A stretch of DNA of 33,856 bases from Lachnospiraceae bacterium. GTDB taxonomy: Bacteria > Bacillota > Clostridia > Lachnospirales > Lachnospiraceae. The notes beneath the pieces are model-generated. The model had not been told where the DNA came from. It did no database searches and worked only from the letters and a program-made list of their open reading frames with translations. A program made the translations under genes and the position numbers. The DNA lies in assembly GCA_045617445.1 (NCBI GenBank), contig JAZLIP010000061.1, forward strand, positions 1 through 33,856, written 5' to 3'. The first letter of the stretch is position 1. Each line of letters begins with the position of its first letter. Shown piece by piece: positions 27,872 through 33,856 of the stretch.

Positions 27872-29424
27872 AGAAATTAGTTGATATGGTAAATGTGAAG
27901 ACAGTGATTGGTTTAGCCGCGGTTTCGCTATTGTTGTTTATGTCATTTAACTGGCTTATATTACGTAGAACGGATTATCTGCTTCTGACGGAAGATAAGG
28001 TCAGAATGATTGCGTATGTAGTATTTGGCGGTGTGTTTTTACTGCTTTCGCTGTTTTTGTGTCATGCCTGCGGCAAAATAAGATTGGATAAAGTGTTTCT
28101 TGTTTTGTATTTTACTTTGGGCGTTATTTATATTGGTGTAACACCCCTATCTTCGACACCTGATGAAACAGAACATATGCTTAGAGCTTATGGGATTTCA
28201 ATCGGTGATTTAGTACCGGAACAGAATGAAAATATGGAAGGCGGAAGCTATGTTCCTAGTAATCTTTTGTATTGTTGGAACAGGGGCGGCGCTACGCTCA
28301 AAGATATGAAGGAACATCTTTTTATGTATTCAAACGAAGAAAAAGAATTTGTTACCTATTCCAATACGGCACTTTATTCACCACTTACTTATCTGCCACA
28401 GGCTGTCGGGATTTTTGTAACTCGTTTGATTGTGAACCGACCTTTTCTTATGGCGTATGCCGGAAGATTTGCCGAACTTGTTACGGTTGGAATTTTACTT
28501 TCTATTGCAATAAGAATTGCTCCTGTTGGAAAACAGATTATTTTTGCATTATCCTTACTTCCTATAAATATGTATGAATGTGCATCATTAAGCGGTGGAG
28601 GACTTACATATGCAATGATTGTTTTGATTGTGTCATATTGCCTTTATTTAAGGTATACGCATATCGGAATGATGTCTGTGCGGGAGAAAATCTATCTCCA
28701 TATAATGCTTCTCTTTGTGGCATCATGTAAGATAGTATATGTACCATTTGTTTTGATGGCGTTCGTGATTCCAAGGGCGAAATTTGGAAACAGGAAGAAT
28801 TATATTACAAATATTTGTATTGCTGTGGTAATTGTTCTTCTTGCATCCGTTGGTTGGTTAAGCATCAGTTCAAGATATTTGATTGAATATAATTCGGGAG
28901 TATCATCACCCGATCAGGTTAAGTTTATTCTTTTACATCCGTTTGCTTATTTGCAGGTTATTGCAAATACGTTATCAAGTGAAGGAGATTGGATAGTACG
29001 GACGTTTTTTGCGGAATTCTTAGGATATTTTGATGTACAGGGAAATATAGTAATGATTGTTATGTCGGCCGCAAATATTATTTATGTGTGCGTGGAAGAT
29101 AAGATTACCGTGAAACTTGATATGTTAACAAAGATTTTTACATGGGTATCCGTTGGCTTGTCATTGATTTGTATTTTTTCAAGTCTGTATGTTCAGTGGA
29201 ATCCTGTTGGAAATAATGTAATTACGGGTTTGCAGGGACGATATTTTCTGCCACTTGTATATCCGATTGTTATTTTGATTAAGAAATTTGTAAATTGTCG
29301 TAATAAGGACGATATGGAAGTGGCTCCTTACTTTGGCGGCGCAAATGAAATATGCGGAAGTAAGATAATTGTATGTTTCGTGAATGTTATGACAATTGCA
29401 ACACTATTTGTACATTATATTTGA
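27868..29424 (+). CDS. DUF2142-like polytopic membrane protein (GT-C-like)
   Basis: About 518 aa. The loop motif TPDETEHMLRAYGIS matches the PDE..H..RAY signature I associate with DUF2142. An ATGA start/stop overlap with the upstream gene (27868-27871) and a GGAGAAG RBS indicate translational coupling. Confidence 0.6.
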   Translation: MKKLVDMVNVKTVIGLAAVSLLLFMSFNWLILRRTDYLLLTEDKVRMIAYVVFGGVFLLLSLFLCHACGKIRLDKVFLVLYFTLGVIYIGVTPLSSTPDETEHMLRAYGISIGDLVPEQNENMEGGSYVPSNLLYCWNRGGATLKDMKEHLFMYSNEEKEFVTYSNTALYSPLTYLPQAVGIFVTRLIVNRPFLMAYAGRFAELVTVGILLSIAIRIAPVGKQIIFALSLLPINMYECASLSGGGLTYAMIVLIVSYCLYLRYTHIGMMSVREKIYLHIMLLFVASCKIVYVPFVLMAFVIPRAKFGNRKNYITNICIAVVIVLLASVGWLSISSRYLIEYNSGVSSPDQVKFILLHPFAYLQVIANTLSSEGDWIVRTFFAEFLGYFDVQGNIVMIVMSAANIIYVCVEDKITVKLDMLTKIFTWVSVGLSLICIFSSLYVQWNPVGNNVITGLQGRYFLPLVYPIVILIKKFVNCRNKDDMEVAPYFGGANEICGSKIIVCFVNVMTIATLFVHYI

Positions 29425-29515
29425 TGATGTAAACTATAGCAGTCAAGGAGTTGCGATGTGAAATCAGCAGGCGAATTAAAGCCGGGAAATATAGTAACAG
29501 GAGGTTTTGGGTTTT

Positions 29516-30133
29516 ATGAAATTAAAAATCAGAATAATTTTGAATTTCTACAGAATAATTTACGCATGGCTTGTTATGAAATTTAATAAGAATGGAGAAG
29601 TTATGCGTATAGATCTTGCTTTTTGGAAGGAATGCAGAAGGAAGACGGAAGTTAGTGATTTTATGGCATTTTCATCCTTTCTGCTGGAATTGCCTGAATA
29701 TCGCAGTCTTTTTTTATACAGAATACGACGTAATTCATTGATTATAACAAGAAAACTGTTTAAAATATTTTTTCCACCACTTGAAACACTCTATATTGAT
29801 ACTGAAGATATCGGTGCAGGTTTCTTTATTCAACATGGTATGTCTACAGGGATTGATGCCGAAAAAATCGGAGAGCGCTGTTGGGTTAATCACAATGTGA
29901 CCATTGGGTTTAATCTTGGTGCCAAGGGTGCTCCAATCATTGGAAATGGTGTTAGAATTACTGCCGGAGCAGTTGTGCTTGGTCCTGTTACACTTAAAGA
30001 TAATTGCATTGTGGGTGCAAATGCAGTGGTTACGAAGGATGTTGAAGAAGATGCTATAGTTGGTGGTGTGCCTGCTAAGGTGATAGGCAAAAATGAGGAG
30101 TTTAAGTTATATCCGGAGGCAACTAATTTGTAA
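29516..30133 (+). CDS. Left-handed beta-helix (hexapeptide-repeat) O-acetyltransferase, CysE/EpsC-like
   Basis: Hexapeptide run IGERCWVNHNVTIGFN..APIIGNGVRITAGAVVLGPVTLKDNCIVGANAVVTKDVEEDAIVGGVPAKVIG. I prefer the ATG at 29516 (AGGAGG upstream) over the TTG at 29507. Confidence 0.75.
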   Translation: MKLKIRIILNFYRIIYAWLVMKFNKNGEVMRIDLAFWKECRRKTEVSDFMAFSSFLLELPEYRSLFLYRIRRNSLIITRKLFKIFFPPLETLYIDTEDIGAGFFIQHGMSTGIDAEKIGERCWVNHNVTIGFNLGAKGAPIIGNGVRITAGAVVLGPVTLKDNCIVGANAVVTKDVEEDAIVGGVPAKVIGKNEEFKLYPEATNL

Positions 30134-30140
30134 AAATATG

Positions 30141-30169
30141 TTGACAATTAAACGGAAGAGAAGTATTAT
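30141..30169 (+). promoter_or_regulatory. SigA-type promoter of groESL
   Basis: TTGACA (30141-30146), a 17-nt spacer, then TATTAT (30164-30169). It sits directly upstream of the CIRCE operator. Confidence 0.8.
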
Positions 30170-30177
30170 ACACTATG

Positions 30178-30204
30178 TTAGCACTCGATAGGAAAGAGTG
30201 CTAA
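30178..30204 (+). promoter_or_regulatory. CIRCE operator (HrcA binding site)
   Basis: TTAGCACTC-GATAGGAAA-GAGTGCTAA, a perfect match to the CIRCE consensus TTAGCACTC-N9-GAGTGCTAA. It lies between the promoter and groES. Confidence 0.95.
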
Positions 30205-30271
30205 CAAAAAGAAGCCAATATTATTTACACTGGTAAATATGAGACAATATTTAATTTTAGGAGGTAGAATC

Positions 30272-30556
30272 ATGAAATTAGTACCATTAGGTGACAGAGT
30301 TGTACTTAAGCAACTTGTAGCAGAGGAAACTACAAAATCGGGAATTGTATTGCCGGGTCAGAGTAAAGAGAAGCCACAGCAGGCAGAGGTTGTTGCGGTT
30401 GGTCCGGGAACTGTTGAGGATGGTAAGGAAATCAAGATGGAAGTTAAGGTTTCAGATCAGGTAATTTACTCTAAATATGCCGGTACAGAAGTTAAACTTG
30501 ATGATGAAGAGTATATTATTGTAAAGCAGAGTGATATTCTTGCAATTGTGAAATAG
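30272..30556 (+). CDS. groES: Co-chaperonin GroES
   Basis: 94-aa product MKLVPLGDRVVLK..TKSGIVLPG. GGAGG RBS 7 nt before the ATG at 30272. The track start at 30239 is an in-frame upstream extension. Confidence 0.95.
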   Translation: MKLVPLGDRVVLKQLVAEETTKSGIVLPGQSKEKPQQAEVVAVGPGTVEDGKEIKMEVKVSDQVIYSKYAGTEVKLDDEEYIIVKQSDILAIVK

Positions 30557-30566
30557 TTGTTACTAT

Positions 30567-30624
30567 GTTATCTCAGTGAGAGAGCGCCTCACTTCTATAG
30601 GTGTGGGATTGAGCGCGTCTTGAA
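30567..30624 (+). repeat. S-element copy B (inside the groES-groEL spacer)
   Basis: gttatctcagtgagagagcgcctcacttctataggtgtgggattgagcgcgtcttgaa. It is homologous to copies A and C and fills most of the 91-nt groES-groEL spacer. Confidence 0.75.
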
Positions 30625-30635
30625 TTTAAATTTAG

Positions 30636-32270
<1,635 letters not shown>

Positions 32271-32299
32271 TCGGGTAACGAGCCAAATCGCGAATAAAT

Positions 32300-32349
32300 A
32301 AGAACGACTCCTAAGTGTTTATACTTAAGGAGTCGTTCTTTGTTTATTC
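32300..32349. terminator. Bidirectional rho-independent terminator between convergent groEL and HAD genes
   Basis: The ~16-bp stem AAGAACGACTCCTAAGT (32300-32316) pairs with ACTTAAGGAGTCGTTCTT (32323-32340), with one bulged A. It is followed by tgtttattc and preceded by aataaata, so it is T-rich on both strands. Confidence 0.85.
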
Positions 32350-32386
32350 ATGATTTGCGGTTCATATTCGAAGATAAAAGTATTAA

Positions 32387-32980
32387 TTAATATCCCAATA
32401 TTTCCCGTGTTATGTATGGCGTGTTTTCGTATTTGTGTGTCTTTATTGAATATTTCCTTGCGGCTTCTAAATTTTCTTCCAAATCATCAATAAACAGGCA
32501 GTTTTCAGGAATAAGATTGTACCTTTCAATCAAGAGCTTGTATATTTCTAAATCAGGTTTAATGACGTTTTCTTTGTAAGAGAAGATTCCACCGTCGGTA
32601 TGTTCAATAAAGTTCATTGCATCTTTGTTTGCATATAAGGCCTGATGTGAAAAGTTGGAAAGGTAAAGCACTTTAATGCCCTGACTTTTTAATTCTTCAA
32701 TCCAAGGGATTGCATAATCACGTTTTCTTATAATTCCTTTAAGATCTTTAAAAGCATCTTTTAGATGATGACTTATTTCAGGATCGTTTTTGGCAAATAA
32801 TTCAAGTATTTCTTCTGTTGTAAGAATGCCACGGTCAAATTCCTTCCAAGCATCGTGGTGTACGGATGCTTTGGCTATTCTTGCAATCATTGCAGAGTCG
32901 AAGCCTTTTTCTTCAAGGAATTCCCTCCATGCAAAATCAACCAAAACATTTCCAATATCAAATATTACTGTTGTTATCAT
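32387..32980 (-). CDS. HAD-superfamily phosphatase (YihX-like subfamily IA)
   Basis: 197-aa ORF. Motif I variant VIFDIGNVLVDF resembles the YihX-type FDLGNV. The late motif is LFIDDLEENLEAA. Confidence 0.75.
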   Translation of the reverse strand: MITTVIFDIGNVLVDFAWREFLEEKGFDSAMIARIAKASVHHDAWKEFDRGILTTEEILELFAKNDPEISHHLKDAFKDLKGIIRKRDYAIPWIEELKSQGIKVLYLSNFSHQALYANKDAMNFIEHTDGGIFSYKENVIKPDLEIYKLLIERYNLIPENCLFIDDLEENLEAARKYSIKTHKYENTPYITREILGY

Positions 32981-33010
32981 TTGTTAAGTGTCCTTTCTAC
33001 GTAAATATAT

Positions 33011-33055
33011 ATTTATCTCAGTGAGAGAAGCCTCATTTCTATAAGTGGGTGATTG
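33011..33055 (+). repeat. S-element copy C (truncated after GATTG)
   Basis: atttatctcagtgagagaagcctcatttctataagtgggtgattg. It lies between two minus-strand genes but in the same orientation as copies A and B. Confidence 0.75.
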
Positions 33056-33081
33056 TTACCGGTCAAAGGCTGCACAGTAAC
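33054..33081. repeat. R-element copy 5
   Basis: tgttaccggtcaaaggctgcacagtaac. The first 12 nt are identical to copy 1 and it has the same ACAGTAAC end. It lies within the last 9 codons (SYCAAFDR*) of the minus-strand CDS. Confidence 0.7.
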
Positions 33082-33856
33082 TGTTAAATGTTTCTTCATC
33101 CATATATTTTGAAAATGCATGCAGTGCATAGGGAATATTTCCGTTTTCAATTTCAGTCTGCATATTTTCTTCCAAAGCAAATTTAGAGGCAGCTTCCGTT
33201 TGCACGGAGGAATAGCCGTTAAAACCAATTGATGCAAAATATGAAAAAAACATATCCTCATTGAAACGCCAGAAAAAATCCAGCAGAAATTTCTTTGACC
33301 GAATCAGATCAAGAGAATGGCGAACATGTCTTAAGGAGAATCCACCATTACCAACGTGTATTTTATCGGGGTGTTTTACTATAAGTAACTTAATCCTGTC
33401 TTTGGGCGTATATGGTCTGCTAAAGGGACCGTTTAGCCAGGGCGCACCCCAATAATCAATATGTTCCTTTTTGGATTGACTGATGAAGTCATCAAGGCAA
33501 TAATCCATTGTATTTAATATGTAAGTATCTGATTGAGCAATCAACATATACTCATAATCGTAAAAAGGAAAATAGAATTGCTCTGAAAGGAGCAAACGGC
33601 TGTAAGTTTTATTGGATTTGAAATATTTATTCTTAAACGGCAGAAATTTGGTTCTGCTAAGAATATCCTGATTACCTGACTGTTTGGAACCATCTTCGGA
33701 ACAATGTTCATTTTTATACAATTCCACTACAATGTTTTCATACTCCGAAATATCCATCAGGAAAGGATGTACAAAGAAAATATCATAGCCATTTAATACC
33801 GAACAATTTCTTTTGATGGATAGGATTTCTGATTTGGCAGGTTTTTCATTGTATAT
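33056..33856 (-). CDS. DUF5672-like protein (putative glycan-related), 5' end outside the window
   Basis: On the minus strand the frame stays open from the track ATG (33757) to the window edge (..IYNEKPAKSEILSIKRNCSVLNGYDIFFVHPFLMDISEY..), so the gene is probably 5'-truncated here. The motifs WGAPW and GNGGFSLR recall DUF5672, but that family call is from memory only. Confidence 0.5.
   Translation of the reverse strand: MYNEKPAKSEILSIKRNCSVLNGYDIFFVHPFLMDISEYENIVVELYKNEHCSEDGSKQSGNQDILSRTKFLPFKNKYFKSNKTYSRLLLSEQFYFPFYDYEYMLIAQSDTYILNTMDYCLDDFISQSKKEHIDYWGAPWLNGPFSRPYTPKDRIKLLIVKHPDKIHVGNGGFSLRHVRHSLDLIRSKKFLLDFFWRFNEDMFFSYFASIGFNGYSSVQTEAASKFALEENMQTEIENGNIPYALHAFSKYMDEETFNSYCAAFDR

Overview
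AT-rich 33.9-kb chromosomal segment. Every convincing gene from 142 to 32270 is on the + strand, and the last two genes converge on the - strand. Gene content (AddAB rather than RecBCD, CIRCE-controlled groESL, type III glutamine synthetase) suggests a Clostridia-type Firmicute; this is inference only. Order: hslO (Hsp33), type III glutamine synthetase, an MBOAT plus SGNH/DltD-like O-acylation pair, addB-addA, then a ~17-kb cell-envelope glycan decoration locus (13030-30133). The locus holds a small membrane protein, four large polytopic membrane proteins (three GT-C-like), a bitopic protein with a tandem-repeat N-terminus, a soluble DPM1-like GT2, an acyltransferase-3, a Wzx-type flippase, a GT11 fucosyltransferase with a ~300-aa extra domain and a hexapeptide acetyltransferase. 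A stand-alone Dgt-type dGTPase interrupts it. After the locus come groES-groEL with a consensus promoter and a perfect CIRCE operator, a bidirectional terminator, a YihX-like HAD phosphatase (-) and a DUF5672-like gene (-) that runs off the right edge. I saw no rRNA, tRNA, CRISPR array, transposase or integrase. The signals least explained by ordinary annotation are two families of short structured repeats at gene ends. One is a 45-64 nt 'S' element (3 copies, one splitting groES from groEL, with a compensatory stem change). The other is a ~27-39 nt palindromic TGTTAC...GTAAC 'R' element (at least 5 copies, some supplying the last codons of genes). All functional calls come from motifs read by eye in the translations; no database search was possible.
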